Position numbers and translations under genes: made by a program. This document shows, in pieces, positions 6,265-15,970 of a stretch of 20,000 nucleotides of DNA (the first letter of the stretch is position 1; each line of letters starts with the position of its first letter). The notes beneath the pieces were generated by a model. The model worked only from the letters and a program-made list of their open reading frames with translations, did not search any database and had not been told where the DNA came from. This stretch comes from an uncultured virus (IMG/VR IMGVR_UViG_3300014205_000018) (Duplodnaviria > Heunggongvirae > Uroviricota > Caudoviricetes): IMG/VR virus record IMGVR_UViG_3300014205_000018; one strand, 5' to 3'.

Positions 6265-6945
6265 GTGCCGCAAGGCACTCCGGAGTTGCACCCCCGGCGC
6301 AGCCAGTATACACTCCCGCGCATGGAGTCACCAACCCCAGCTGCAGCCGCACCCTCCGCCCAGGCGGGGACGGCGCTATTTTCCCATCTCATCGACCCGG
6401 ACTTCACGCCACTGGACGCCGCCGACGTCACGGACCTCCTTGACGCCCAGGCCGGCACGGCCAGCATGCTGGACTTCGACGGGAACGCGGACGAGCTGGA
6501 CGAGTTGCAGAAAAACAACGTCCGGCAAGCATTCGCCGTTGCCACCTCCCCCGACGCCGACCCCATCCTGGCCAAGGCCAACATCCTGGCGCTACGCGCG
6601 CCGGCCCAGGTGCGCCACCTCGCCGGCATGCTGTCCCAGTACGACTGGGACTTCGTGGAGCAGGCCAAGGAGATCAGGGGCTACGTGGTGGCGCAACTGC
6701 TCGAGCACAGCAAGGACCCGAACCCGAAGGTCGCGCTGCGGGCCCTGGAGCTGACCGGCAAGCTGACCGAGGTGGGGAGCTTCACGGAGCGCGTGTCCAT
6801 CACCCGCACGGACGGCGACGCCGGCGCGATCGAGGACCGGATACGCTCCAGGCTGGCCGGGCTGCTGCCCAAGGTTGTCGAGGTGCAGGAGGCCACGGTC
6901 ATCCCTGAACCCGAGGCGTTCACGATACAAACCCTGAAGAAGTAA
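6265..6945 (+). CDS. Putative terminase small subunit
   Basis: 226 aa upstream of TerL; VALRALELTGK...VGSFTER helical motif; GTG start with AGGAG RBS (ATG at 6322 is an alternative). Confidence 0.5.
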   Translation: MPQGTPELHPRRSQYTLPRMESPTPAAAAPSAQAGTALFSHLIDPDFTPLDAADVTDLLDAQAGTASMLDFDGNADELDELQKNNVRQAFAVATSPDADPILAKANILALRAPAQVRHLAGMLSQYDWDFVEQAKEIRGYVVAQLLEHSKDPNPKVALRALELTGKLTEVGSFTERVSITRTDGDAGAIEDRIRSRLAGLLPKVVEVQEATVIPEPEAFTIQTLKK

Positions 6946-6970
6946 GTACCGACTAATATAGGAGAACGAG

Positions 6971-7174
6971 ATGGCTGCTGAAGACGATGCAAAGCGTATG
7001 GGGACCCGCGTATTTGGTGGCTATCTTGCCGACCGCGCGCTGAACCGCGCCGACTTCAAGAAGAAGGGCGAGATGACCCGTGACGAGAAGTTGGCCAAGC
7101 AGGAGCGAGACGCGGTGGGGTACAAAGCCGGCGGCATGGTGCGCCGGGGCTACGGCAGGGCGCGCGGTGCGTAA
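6971..7174 (+). CDS. Small basic protein with C-terminal YKAGGMV motif
   Basis: AGGAGA RBS; 67 aa. Confidence 0.7.
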   Translation: MAAEDDAKRMGTRVFGGYLADRALNRADFKKKGEMTRDEKLAKQERDAVGYKAGGMVRRGYGRARGA

Positions 7175-7222
7175 CTGGACCCCAACCCCTGTCACAGTAG
7201 CACGGCCAAAACGGACGACACT

Positions 7223-7525
7223 GTGACAACCGACCACAAGTTCCACGGGCCCGGTCTGGTCGAACGCCTGACCGAGCAGCTCAAGGCCCAGAAAAACGTT
7301 GCCAACCCATCGGCCATGGCGCTGGCGCTTCTCAAGGCCAGGGGTCAGGTCGACGAGAAGGGCCGGCTCACGCCCGCGGGGACCACCCGCGACAACCTGG
7401 GCGCCGACGGCAGGGCCAAGGACCGGGCGGCCAAGGCCGCGGGCGCGGGCGTCAAGCCCCAGGACTTTCACTACAACCCGGAGACAAACCGGGCGACGAG
7501 GAAGCCCAGGACCTGGGGACGATGA
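7223..7525 (+). CDS. Basic hypothetical protein (100 aa)
   Basis: High GC3 codon usage; packed between neighbours. Confidence 0.65.
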   Translation: MTTDHKFHGPGLVERLTEQLKAQKNVANPSAMALALLKARGQVDEKGRLTPAGTTRDNLGADGRAKDRAAKAAGAGVKPQDFHYNPETNRATRKPRTWGR

Positions 7526-7526
7526 T

Positions 7527-7808
7527 ATGGCAGCCATCCTCGAGTTCAAGAAACCCGGAGCCCAAGACCCACACGCTACTGGGCACGCATTCTGCCTTGG
7601 ATGCGACCACACATGGGAAGCTGTGGCACCGGTTGGAACCCAGCGCCTGGAGTGTCCAGAGTGCCATCGCCGAATGGGGATGTTCACATTTGAGTTCGCA
7701 CCGCCCGAGGGCACGCTGGTTCGCACGTGCGACTGTGGCAACCAGTTATTCACGCTCACCGAGGAGGGGCACATGTGCCCACGGTGCGGGACGTATCAGA
7801 GTTATTAA
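7527..7808 (+). CDS. Double zinc-ribbon protein (93 aa)
   Basis: CLGC, CPEC, CDC and CPRC motifs; ATG at 7527 just after the upstream stop. Confidence 0.7.
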   Translation: MAAILEFKKPGAQDPHATGHAFCLGCDHTWEAVAPVGTQRLECPECHRRMGMFTFEFAPPEGTLVRTCDCGNQLFTLTEEGHMCPRCGTYQSY

Positions 7809-7823
7809 CCACAAGGACCGGCC

Positions 7824-8000
7824 ATGACATCGACAGTAAAAGTAACCGCCCATTGCGCAGCCACGAAAGTTGTGGAGATCGTCGTAAGCGATGGCGGGAA
7901 AACAGAGGTGATCCTGCTGCAGGACGGCGAGACCAAGGAGTTGTACGTGTACGACGCGCGCAACGTGACGGTGTGCGAACGGCTGGTAGCGGATGAGTAA
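7824..8000 (+). CDS. Small hypothetical protein (58 aa, MTSTVKVTAHC...), absent from the ORF track
   Basis: Translated by hand; AAGGA RBS; overlaps the next start. Confidence 0.65.
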   Translation: MTSTVKVTAHCAATKVVEIVVSDGGKTEVILLQDGETKELYVYDARNVTVCERLVADE

Positions 8001-8211
8001 AATCATCCCCTTCACCGGCGTCACGAAGCTGGACCTCGACCCAGACGTGGTCCTTGAGAACCTCAAGGGCAAGGTCGAGGGGTTCGTGCTGATGGGCTGG
8101 GACGCCGACGGGGAGGAGTTTTTCAGCTCCACCTACGCCGACGGCGGGACGGTGTTGTGGCTGATCGAGCGCTGCAAGAAACGCCTGTTGGAGTCGCCGG
8201 AGGCGGAGTAA
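7993..8211 (+). CDS. Hypothetical phage protein (72 aa)
   Basis: Coupled ORF directly before TerL. Confidence 0.7.
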   Translation: MSKIIPFTGVTKLDLDPDVVLENLKGKVEGFVLMGWDADGEEFFSSTYADGGTVLWLIERCKKRLLESPEAE

Positions 8212-8214
8212 CCC

Positions 8215-9747
8215 ATGGACATGCTCTCGCCCGAAGGTCAGGCCGCCATCTTGGCGGCCTTGCCGCATATGTCGCCCTCGGAGAAGGAGACGCTGCTGGC
8301 CGACTTGGACGAGCTGCAGCGCATACGCGACCTCGACGACTACCGCGGCAACTTCCTGGCCTTCTGTCATAGGGTTTACCCTGAGTTCAAGGAGGGGCCC
8401 CATCACCGCAACATGGCCAAGTCCCTGGCGCGGGTACTGGTCGGGGAGGAGCCCCGGCTGACCGTGTCCATGCCGCCGCGGTTCGGCAAGAGCATCACGA
8501 TCTCGTACCTGTTCGTGGCGTGGTACCTGGGGCACAACCCGACCCATCACATCATGATGGTGACCCACACCGCTGACCTGTCCGCGGACTTCGGCCGGCA
8601 GGTGCGCAACCTGATAACGAGTCCCATTTACAGGGAGATATTCCCAAACACCGTGGTCTCGGCTGACAAGTCCGCTGCCAACAACTGGACCACGACCAAG
8701 GGCGGGAAGTATCTGGCCATCGGTATCGGGGCCAACGTGGCCGGGCACGGCGCCCACCTGCTGGTGGCCGATGACTTGGTCTCGGAGCAGGCGGTGCTGG
8801 CCAACCCGGACACGATATTTGCCACCGCGTGGAACTACATGCAGGTGGGCCCGATGCAGCGGCTCATGCCCAACGGGCGGATCATCATGATCGGAACGCG
8901 CTGGGGCAAGAAGGACCCGATCGGGCGCGCGCTGCAGTGGGCCGAGCAGAACTCGGACTCGACCCAGTGGAAGGAGATCAGGTTCCCCGCGGTGATGCCA
9001 TCGGGCAAGTCCCTGTGGCCCGAGCAGTGGCCGATCGAGCAGCTCCTGGCCAAGAAGGCCAGTATGTTCCCGCAGTTCTGGGCCGCCCAGTACATGCAGG
9101 AGCCCACGTCCGAGGAGGGCGCCATCATAAAGCGCGAGTGGTGGCGGCTGTGGGACAAGGAGAAACCGCCCAAGTGCGAGATCATCCTGCAGAGCTGGGA
9201 CACCGCGCACGAGGCCAAATCCAGCGCCGACCCAAGCGCCGTCACGACCTGGGGGCTGTTCGTCAACGAGAACGAGGACGACGCCATGCAGATCATCCTG
9301 CTCGACGCATGGCAGGGCCGCAAGGAGTTTCCGGACCTCAAGAAGTTCGCCCTCGAGTATTACGAGGAGTGGGAGCCGGACATGGTGATCATCGAGAAAA
9401 AGGCCGCCGGCGCGCCGCTGATTCAGGAAATGCGCTTGATCGGAGTGCCGGTTACAGAGTACAGTCCATCGCGCAAGGGCGGCGGCGTGGCCAATGACAA
9501 GCGCGCGCGGGGCAATGCGATCGCGGACATGTTCGCCTCCGGCATGGTCTGGGCGTCCGACCACCGCTGGGCGAAGGAATTAATTGATCAGGTGGCCGAG
9601 TTTCCCAACGGGGAGCATGACGACCTGTACGACACGACGGTGCAGGCGATGATGCGCATCCGCCAGGGCGGGCTCATCCGGCTGAAGTCAGACGAGAAAG
9701 ATGACTTGGACGACGCAGACCTGCGCCGGCCGGTCAGTTACTACTGA
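8215..9747 (+). CDS. terL: Terminase large subunit
   Basis: Walker A MPPRFGKS, Walker B LLVADD, coupling motif IGTRW, nuclease SWDTA...HDDLYD. Confidence 0.95.
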   Translation: MDMLSPEGQAAILAALPHMSPSEKETLLADLDELQRIRDLDDYRGNFLAFCHRVYPEFKEGPHHRNMAKSLARVLVGEEPRLTVSMPPRFGKSITISYLFVAWYLGHNPTHHIMMVTHTADLSADFGRQVRNLITSPIYREIFPNTVVSADKSAANNWTTTKGGKYLAIGIGANVAGHGAHLLVADDLVSEQAVLANPDTIFATAWNYMQVGPMQRLMPNGRIIMIGTRWGKKDPIGRALQWAEQNSDSTQWKEIRFPAVMPSGKSLWPEQWPIEQLLAKKASMFPQFWAAQYMQEPTSEEGAIIKREWWRLWDKEKPPKCEIILQSWDTAHEAKSSADPSAVTTWGLFVNENEDDAMQIILLDAWQGRKEFPDLKKFALEYYEEWEPDMVIIEKKAAGAPLIQEMRLIGVPVTEYSPSRKGGGVANDKRARGNAIADMFASGMVWASDHRWAKELIDQVAEFPNGEHDDLYDTTVQAMMRIRQGGLIRLKSDEKDDLDDADLRRPVSYY

Positions 9748-9757
9748 GGGATTCAAA

Positions 9758-12190
9758 ATGGCGGTCAATTCCATTGCAAAGACGATGACACCGGCGCCGG
9801 CCGGGTTGGCCGAGGCAGCCGAGCCCGATATCGAGGTCGAGATTCTGGCGGATGTCGGCGACGACGGGGCGCCGGCCAACGATGACGACGGCACCACCGA
9901 GGTGACACTGGTGGGCCACGGAGACAACCTCGCCGAGGTCATGCCCGATCAGGCATTGACCAAGCTGGCCTCCGAGCTGGAGCATGAGATTTTGTTCGAC
10001 CTCGCGGCGCGTAGCGACTGGGAGCGGGCATACAAGACCGGGCTGGAGTTGCTGGGTCTGTCGTTGGAGGACCGCACGGAGCCGTGGCCCGGCGCCTGCG
10101 GGGTGTATCACCCGCTGATAACCGAGGCGTGTGTACGGTTCCAGGCCGAGCTGACCACCGAGACATTCCCCGCCAGTGGGCCGGTGCGTACAAAAATCTT
10201 GGGTAAAGAAACACCGGAGAAGAAGGAAGCCGCCGCGCGCGTCGAGGAGGAGATGAACCACCAGTTGACCGACGTGATGCAGGAGTACCGGCCTGAGCAC
10301 GAGCGGATGCTGTGGAACCTGCCAATGTCGGGCTCGGCGTTCAAGAAGGTCTACCACGACCCGACGCTGGGGCGACAGGTGTCGATGTTTGTGCCGGCCG
10401 AGGACGTGATCCTGCCATACGGCACGACCGACATGGGTACGTGCAACCGGATGACGCACCGGATGCGGCGCACGATGGTCGACATCGGGAGGCTGCAGGA
10501 GAGCGGGTTCTACCGCGACGTGGATGTGCAGGAGGCCCAGGCCAGTTCCGACGACATTCAGGACGAGAAGGACAAGAAAGCCGGGAATTCGCCCATAAAC
10601 GACACGCGGCCGGAGATTTACGAGGTCCACGCGGACCTGTGCCTGGGAAAATACGTCGAAGGGGACGTGGAGGTGCCATTTGACGACGGCGAAGCGCCCC
10701 TGCCGTACGTCGTAACGCTGGTCAAAGGACAGACAATCGTCCTGTCGATACGCCGGAATTGGGCGGAAACGGACGAAAAACACCTGAAAAAGCAGCATTT
10801 TGTGCACTATCAGTACGTCCCAGGCTTCGGCGCGTACGGATTCGGGCTGTTTCACCTTGTCGGCGGCTACGCGCGCTCGGCGACATCCATTCTGCGGCAG
10901 TTGGTTGATGCGGGCACCCTGTCGAACCTGCCCGGCGGCTACAAGGCCAAGGGCCTGCGGGTCAAGGGCGAGAATGCGCCGATCCGCCCTGGCGAGTTCC
11001 GCGATGTGGACGTGGCCTCGGGCACGATCCGCGACAACATCATGCCGCTACCCTACAAAGAGCCGAGCATCGTGCTGGCCGGGCTGCTGGACAAGATCAT
11101 CGAGGACGGCCGCCGGCTGGCGGCGACTGCGGACATCGAGATCAGCGACATGTCGGCCAACGCGCCGGTTGGGACTACGCTGGCGCTGCTCGAGCGCACG
11201 CTCAAGGTGATGACCGCCGTCCAGGCGCGTTGCCATTACGTCCTGAAGCAGGAGTTCAAGCTGATCGCCACGGTGATCCGCGATTACAAGGATGAGGACT
11301 ACACGTACGACCCGGACGTGGGTTCGCGAAGCGCGCGCAAGGCCGACTTCGAGATGGTCGACATCATCCCGGTCAGCGACCCGAACGCATCGACCTTGTC
11401 ACAACGCGTTGTGCAGCACCAAGCCGCACTGCAAATGTCGGATTCGGCGCCTCAAATTTACAATCTGCCGCTGCTGCACCGCGGCATGCTGGAGGTGCTG
11501 GGGATCAAGAACGCGGCCAAGATTGTTCCGATGCCCGAGGACATGAAGCCGCTGGACCCGGTGACGGAGAACATGAACATCCTGCACGCCAAGCCGGTCA
11601 AGGCATTCATGATTCAGGACCACGAGTCGCACATGGCCGTGCACCAGATGCTGCTGCAGGACCCCAAGGTCCAGGCGGCGATTGGCCAGAATCCCCAGGC
11701 GCAGCTGATGCAGGGCGCGCTGATGGCGCACATCGCCGAGCATGCGGGCTTTGCCTACCGGCTGCACATCGCGCAGCAGTTGGGTGCCCCGCTGCCAGAC
11801 CCCGAAGACGACATGGACCCGCAGGTCGAGAAGGAGCTGGCGCCGTTGCTGGCCCAGGCCGCGCAGCAGGCGCTGATGCAGAACCAGAAAATGGCCGCCC
11901 AGCAGCAGGCGCAGCAGATGGCCCAGGACCCGGCGTTCATGCTCGAGCAGAAGAAGCTGGAGCAGAAAGATCGCGAGATCGCCGTCAAGGAGACCAAGGT
12001 CAAGGGTGACATCGCCTACAACGCCGACAAAATCGACCTCGAGGAGAAGAAGCTGGGTGTCGATGTGCAGTCCAAGACGGGCGACCTGCAGCTGCGCCAG
12101 CAGCAGCAAGATGCCAACATTTCTGCCGAGGGCATACGCCTGGGCAAAGAGACAACCCCGGCGCCACCGGCGCCAGGAGCCGGTAAATGA
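9758..12190 (+). CDS. Portal protein, P22-like (810 aa)
   Basis: Position after TerL, size, Gln-rich coiled-coil C-terminus; start at ATG 9758 after GAGGG. Confidence 0.85.
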   Translation: MAVNSIAKTMTPAPAGLAEAAEPDIEVEILADVGDDGAPANDDDGTTEVTLVGHGDNLAEVMPDQALTKLASELEHEILFDLAARSDWERAYKTGLELLGLSLEDRTEPWPGACGVYHPLITEACVRFQAELTTETFPASGPVRTKILGKETPEKKEAAARVEEEMNHQLTDVMQEYRPEHERMLWNLPMSGSAFKKVYHDPTLGRQVSMFVPAEDVILPYGTTDMGTCNRMTHRMRRTMVDIGRLQESGFYRDVDVQEAQASSDDIQDEKDKKAGNSPINDTRPEIYEVHADLCLGKYVEGDVEVPFDDGEAPLPYVVTLVKGQTIVLSIRRNWAETDEKHLKKQHFVHYQYVPGFGAYGFGLFHLVGGYARSATSILRQLVDAGTLSNLPGGYKAKGLRVKGENAPIRPGEFRDVDVASGTIRDNIMPLPYKEPSIVLAGLLDKIIEDGRRLAATADIEISDMSANAPVGTTLALLERTLKVMTAVQARCHYVLKQEFKLIATVIRDYKDEDYTYDPDVGSRSARKADFEMVDIIPVSDPNASTLSQRVVQHQAALQMSDSAPQIYNLPLLHRGMLEVLGIKNAAKIVPMPEDMKPLDPVTENMNILHAKPVKAFMIQDHESHMAVHQMLLQDPKVQAAIGQNPQAQLMQGALMAHIAEHAGFAYRLHIAQQLGAPLPDPEDDMDPQVEKELAPLLAQAAQQALMQNQKMAAQQQAQQMAQDPAFMLEQKKLEQKDREIAVKETKVKGDIAYNADKIDLEEKKLGVDVQSKTGDLQLRQQQQDANISAEGIRLGKETTPAPPAPGAGK

Positions 12191-12387
12191 TCAACAGTTT
12201 TTGCGACATCTTGCGGGACAAGATCAAGGAAGACGTGCAGTCGAGGTTGGACAACCTTGAGACTGGCACGGGTTCGTTCGAACGCGATGAGCGCGTTCGC
12301 GGGGAAATACGCGGGCTCAGGCTGGCCAGTGAGATGGTCGACGAGCTGGAGGAGCGCGCGCGTAAGCAGGACAACGAGGAGTTGTAG
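12187..12387 (+). CDS. Small hypothetical protein (66 aa)
   Basis: ATGA overlap with the portal gene; GEIRGLRLA helix. Confidence 0.7.
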   Translation: MINSFCDILRDKIKEDVQSRLDNLETGTGSFERDERVRGEIRGLRLASEMVDELEERARKQDNEEL

Positions 12388-12450
12388 CCACGAATGGCGG
12401 GTTTGGCACCGCCCCGTCTTGGCACGGTATGTCATGCACAAGAGGTAAAA

Positions 12451-12876
12451 ATGGATCAGTTCACACTACCGGAATCGTTCAAGGTACCGAACATCTCCGC
12501 CATGGATGCGCCGGCGGACGGCGAGACAGACGGGACGAAGGCCAAGACAGTACCGATGCCCACGGGTTGGCGGCTGCTTTGCGTCGTACCCGAGGTCAAA
12601 GACACGTTCGATGGGACGCAAATCGTCAAGGCGGCAGAGGTCCAGCGGGCGGAGGAGCTGACCTCGCATGTGCTGTTCGTCCTCAAGGTCGGGCCCGACG
12701 CGTACAAAGACGAGAAGAAATTCCCGTCCGGACCCTGGTGTGCGGAGGGCGACTTCGTGTTGACCCGCGCGTATGCCGGCACCCGGTTCAAGGTCTTTGG
12801 TCGGGAATTCCGATTAATTAATGACGATCAGGTGGACGGAACCATTGAAGACCCACGCGGCATAAGTCGCGCATAA
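12451..12876 (+). CDS. GroES/Cpn10-like co-chaperonin
   Basis: PTGWRLL...VLKVGPDAY...GDFVL...YAGT.F...FRLINDDQV follows the Cpn10 pattern; AGAGG RBS. Confidence 0.85.
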   Translation: MDQFTLPESFKVPNISAMDAPADGETDGTKAKTVPMPTGWRLLCVVPEVKDTFDGTQIVKAAEVQRAEELTSHVLFVLKVGPDAYKDEKKFPSGPWCAEGDFVLTRAYAGTRFKVFGREFRLINDDQVDGTIEDPRGISRA

Positions 12877-12886
12877 GGAGTAGACC

Positions 12887-13828
12887 ATGGCAAACGAAGA
12901 ATTCAAGTTCCCGGACGAAGTCGAAGACGACGACAAGAAGCCTACGGGTAGACCCGAGGATGAGATCGAAGTCGAGATCGTTGACGACACCCCGCCAGCC
13001 GATCGCGGCCGCAAACCGCTGGAGGGCGAGGTAGACGAGCCGACCGACGAGGAGGTCAGCCAGTACTCGGCCAAGGTGCAGGACCGGATCAAGAATCTGA
13101 CACACGCGCGACACGACGAGCGTCGCAAACGGGAAGCTCTCGAGCGCGAGCACGCGGAGATGGACAAGCTGTTGCGGGCCACGCGGGCCGAGCGCGACCA
13201 GCTCCAGCAGCGGTTCGGTAAGGGAGTCGAGGTCATCGCCACCCAGGCCAAGACAATGGCCGACGCAGATGTGGCCGCGGCCAAGGCCAAGCTCAAGGCG
13301 GCCATGGAGGCATTTGACACAGACGCCACGGTGGAGGCGCAGGGTGAGTTGTACGAAGCGCAGGTTCGGAAACAAAAAGCTGAAGATTTTCGTTTTGAGC
13401 CAACACAAAACGAAAAAACTGTTGTACAGTCGCCACCATCGGCACCCAACCCGGCTCCGACCCTTGATGAAAAGACGTCCAGATGGATGTCCAGCAACAA
13501 ATGGTTCGGAGAAGGGGGCGACAAAGCAATGACCGGCTACGCTTTGGGGCTGCATCAGGATTTGGTCGAAAAACACGGGCTGGACTACACCCGCACAGAC
13601 GAGTACTTCTCGCAGATAGACAAGGCCGTGCGCCGCACGTTCCCCGATCGTTTCCAGGGGGGCCCCAAAAAACCAACTTCGATTGTTGCGCCTGCCGGCC
13701 GCGTTGCCGCCGGACCACGCAAGATTCAACTGACGTCGACCCAGGTCGCGTTGGCCAAGAAGTTCGGAATGACACCCCAACAATACGCCATGGAAGTGGC
13801 AAAACTGGAGAACGCTGATGGCAACTGA
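12887..13828 (+). CDS. Putative capsid scaffolding protein
   Basis: Acidic N-terminus, coiled coil, position between portal and capsid. Confidence 0.6.
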   Translation: MANEEFKFPDEVEDDDKKPTGRPEDEIEVEIVDDTPPADRGRKPLEGEVDEPTDEEVSQYSAKVQDRIKNLTHARHDERRKREALEREHAEMDKLLRATRAERDQLQQRFGKGVEVIATQAKTMADADVAAAKAKLKAAMEAFDTDATVEAQGELYEAQVRKQKAEDFRFEPTQNEKTVVQSPPSAPNPAPTLDEKTSRWMSSNKWFGEGGDKAMTGYALGLHQDLVEKHGLDYTRTDEYFSQIDKAVRRTFPDRFQGGPKKPTSIVAPAGRVAAGPRKIQLTSTQVALAKKFGMTPQQYAMEVAKLENADGN

Positions 13829-14270
13829 TCGCACACCCCGCGACGCCGAGTCGCGCGATACCGAGACTCGCTACGAATACGCCCCTGCGAGTGCCCTGCC
13901 AGACCCGAAAGAGGACCCAAATTTCGTGTACCGCTACATTGCGACGCACGTCATGGGAACCCTGGACCCGATGAACGCCTCCAAGCGTTTTCGCGACGGG
14001 TGGGAACCAGTCAAGGTGACGGATCATCCGGAGCTGAAGCTGCTGGGCACGAAGGAGGGGAACGTGGAGATTGGCGGTCTGATGCTGTGCAGGATGCCGC
14101 GTGAACGGGCGAAGGCCCGCGAGCGCTACTACCAGCAGCAGAACGACGCACAGATGACGTCTGTGGACAACAATTTCATGCGTAACAACGACGCCCGTAT
14201 GCCGCTATTTTCCGATCGAAAGTCGGAAGAGACCCGCGGTCCGGGATTTGGCAAAGGTTCTTCTCGATAG
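13818..14270 (+). CDS. Hypothetical head-module protein (150 aa)
   Basis: GGAG RBS; overlaps the scaffold stop. Confidence 0.75.
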   Translation: MATDRTPRDAESRDTETRYEYAPASALPDPKEDPNFVYRYIATHVMGTLDPMNASKRFRDGWEPVKVTDHPELKLLGTKEGNVEIGGLMLCRMPRERAKARERYYQQQNDAQMTSVDNNFMRNNDARMPLFSDRKSEETRGPGFGKGSSR

Positions 14271-14279
14271 GAGATTTTC

Positions 14280-14900
14280 ATGGCAAGCACTGCTGCTCCC
14301 TACGGGCTACGGCCCATCAAGCGTGCCGATGGACTGCCGTACGCCGGCGCCGTTTCGCACTACCTCATCGACCCTGCGGGCGAAGGCACCAATCTGTTCA
14401 ATGGACAGGTTGTCACGCTGGGCGCCGACGGTTACGTGGCCCTGGCTACGGCAACTGGCGCAGACGCCACGACCAACGCGTTCCCAACTGGCACGAACCT
14501 TACCGGCGCGCTGGGTGTGTTCACCGGTTGCTCGTACGTCAATGCGCAAGGTCAGCTGATCTTCTCGCAGTACTACCCGACTGGGTACGCGGCCCCGGCC
14601 GGCACGTCCATCACGGCTTTCGTCGTCGATGACCCGAATGTGCTGTTCCAGGCACAGCTGGACGGCACCGGCGCCCAGACCGTCATTGGTACCAACACGT
14701 TCTTCGCCGCCGTGCAGTCGACCAGCACCGGGTCTACGACCACGGGCAACTCGACCAGCGCACTGGATGCGACCATCGTGACCACCACCGCGGCTTTCCG
14801 CATCGTCGCGCACGTCTCGCCCGCAAGCGACGCGTTTCCCGACGTGCTGGTGAAGTTCAATCCCGGCTACCACATGATGACGCAAGCCGTCGGCCTGTAA
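14280..14900 (+). CDS. Putative capsid decoration/structural protein (206 aa)
   Basis: Thr/Ala/Gly-rich beta-type protein immediately upstream of the major capsid gene. Confidence 0.6.
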   Translation: MASTAAPYGLRPIKRADGLPYAGAVSHYLIDPAGEGTNLFNGQVVTLGADGYVALATATGADATTNAFPTGTNLTGALGVFTGCSYVNAQGQLIFSQYYPTGYAAPAGTSITAFVVDDPNVLFQAQLDGTGAQTVIGTNTFFAAVQSTSTGSTTTGNSTSALDATIVTTTAAFRIVAHVSPASDAFPDVLVKFNPGYHMMTQAVGL

Positions 14901-14912
14901 GGAGAATCAGAA

Positions 14913-15845
14913 ATGGCAATCTCACGCGCACAGCTACTCAAGGAGTTGCTCCCTGGTCTCAACGGGTTGTTTGGCTTGTCGTACAAATCGTACGAGAACC
15001 AGCACACCGAAATCTTCGAAACCGAATCCTCGGATCGGTCGTTCGAAGAAGAGACCAAACTCTCCGGCTTCGGCTCAGCACCGGTGAAGAACGAGGGTTC
15101 TGCCATCGCGTACGACACGGCACAGGAAGCGTTCACCTCGCGGTACATCCACGAGACGATCGCCATGGGTTTCTCGATCACCGAGGAAGCCATGGAGGAC
15201 AACCTGTACGACAGCCTGTCCAGTCGTTACACCAAGGCCCTGGCGCGCGCCATGGCCTACACCAAGCAGGTCAAGGGTGCCAGCATCCTGAACAACGCGT
15301 TCTCGGGTTCCTACCTGGGTGGCGACGCTGTTTCCCTGTGCGGCGTCAACGCGAGCAGCTCCCGCGTTGGTCACCCGCTGGTGAATGGTGGTGCCAACTA
15401 CAACTCGCCGGCAACCGCGGTTGACCTGAATGAAACCGCCATCGAGGCGGCCGTCATCCAGATTCAAGCCTGGACCGATGAGCGTGGTCTGCTGGTGGCA
15501 GCCAAGCCCCGCAAGCTGGTGGTGCCCCCGGCATACCAGTTCGTTGTGAAGCGTGTCCTGGGTTCCGATGCTCGCGTCGGTACCGCCGACAACGACCTGA
15601 ACGCCCTCAAGGCGCTGGGTACGATCGGAAGCGGATACACGATCAACAACTTCCTGACCGACTCGAACGCATGGTTCATGATGACGGACGTCCCCAACGG
15701 CCTGAAGCATTTCAACCGTGTCGGCATCAAGACGTCGATGGAAGGTGACTTCGAGACGGGCAACGTGCGCTACAAGGCGCGCGAACGCTACTCGTTCGGT
15801 TGGTCTGACCCGCTTGCCATCTGGGGCAGCGCCGGATCGTCCTGA
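14913..15845 (+). CDS. Major capsid protein (Mu gpT-like, HK97 fold)
   Basis: MAISRAQLLKELLPGLN N-terminus, PRKLVVPP, YKARERYSFGWSDP; strong RBS and downstream terminator. Confidence 0.88.
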   Translation: MAISRAQLLKELLPGLNGLFGLSYKSYENQHTEIFETESSDRSFEEETKLSGFGSAPVKNEGSAIAYDTAQEAFTSRYIHETIAMGFSITEEAMEDNLYDSLSSRYTKALARAMAYTKQVKGASILNNAFSGSYLGGDAVSLCGVNASSSRVGHPLVNGGANYNSPATAVDLNETAIEAAVIQIQAWTDERGLLVAAKPRKLVVPPAYQFVVKRVLGSDARVGTADNDLNALKALGTIGSGYTINNFLTDSNAWFMMTDVPNGLKHFNRVGIKTSMEGDFETGNVRYKARERYSFGWSDPLAIWGSAGSS

Positions 15846-15858
15846 TAGTTGAAGCACG

Positions 15859-15883
15859 AAAAGGCCCCGCTTGGGGCCTTTTT
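15859..15883 (+). terminator. Rho-independent terminator
   Basis: AAAAGGCCCC-GCTT-GGGGCCTTTTT. Confidence 0.85.
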
Positions 15884-15900
15884 GTTGCAGAATATGCACA

Positions 15901-15970
15901 CCAAGATTTTCCACCTGTACCGACTGGCTTGGCAGACACTGTGTAGACGGTACGGGTAACTCTCACACAG
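15901..15970 (+). ncRNA. Structured RNA element, candidate Mu-gpT-DE motif
   Basis: Stem 15913-15922/15948-15957 with a G-U pair; two crossing pairings 15901-15905/15928-15932 and 15939-15944/15965-15970; lies just downstream of a gpT-like capsid gene. Confidence 0.55.

Noticed and set aside
6278..6287. ACTCCGGAGT as a seventh palindrome copy
   Set aside because: Only partial similarity, without the GA-N3-TC centre, and inside a coding region
7756..9564. 602-aa minus-strand ORF
   Set aside because: Antisense shadow of terL caused by high GC3 bias; no motifs. The same applies to 9734..10855, 11399..12109, 12818..13834 and 15075..15914.
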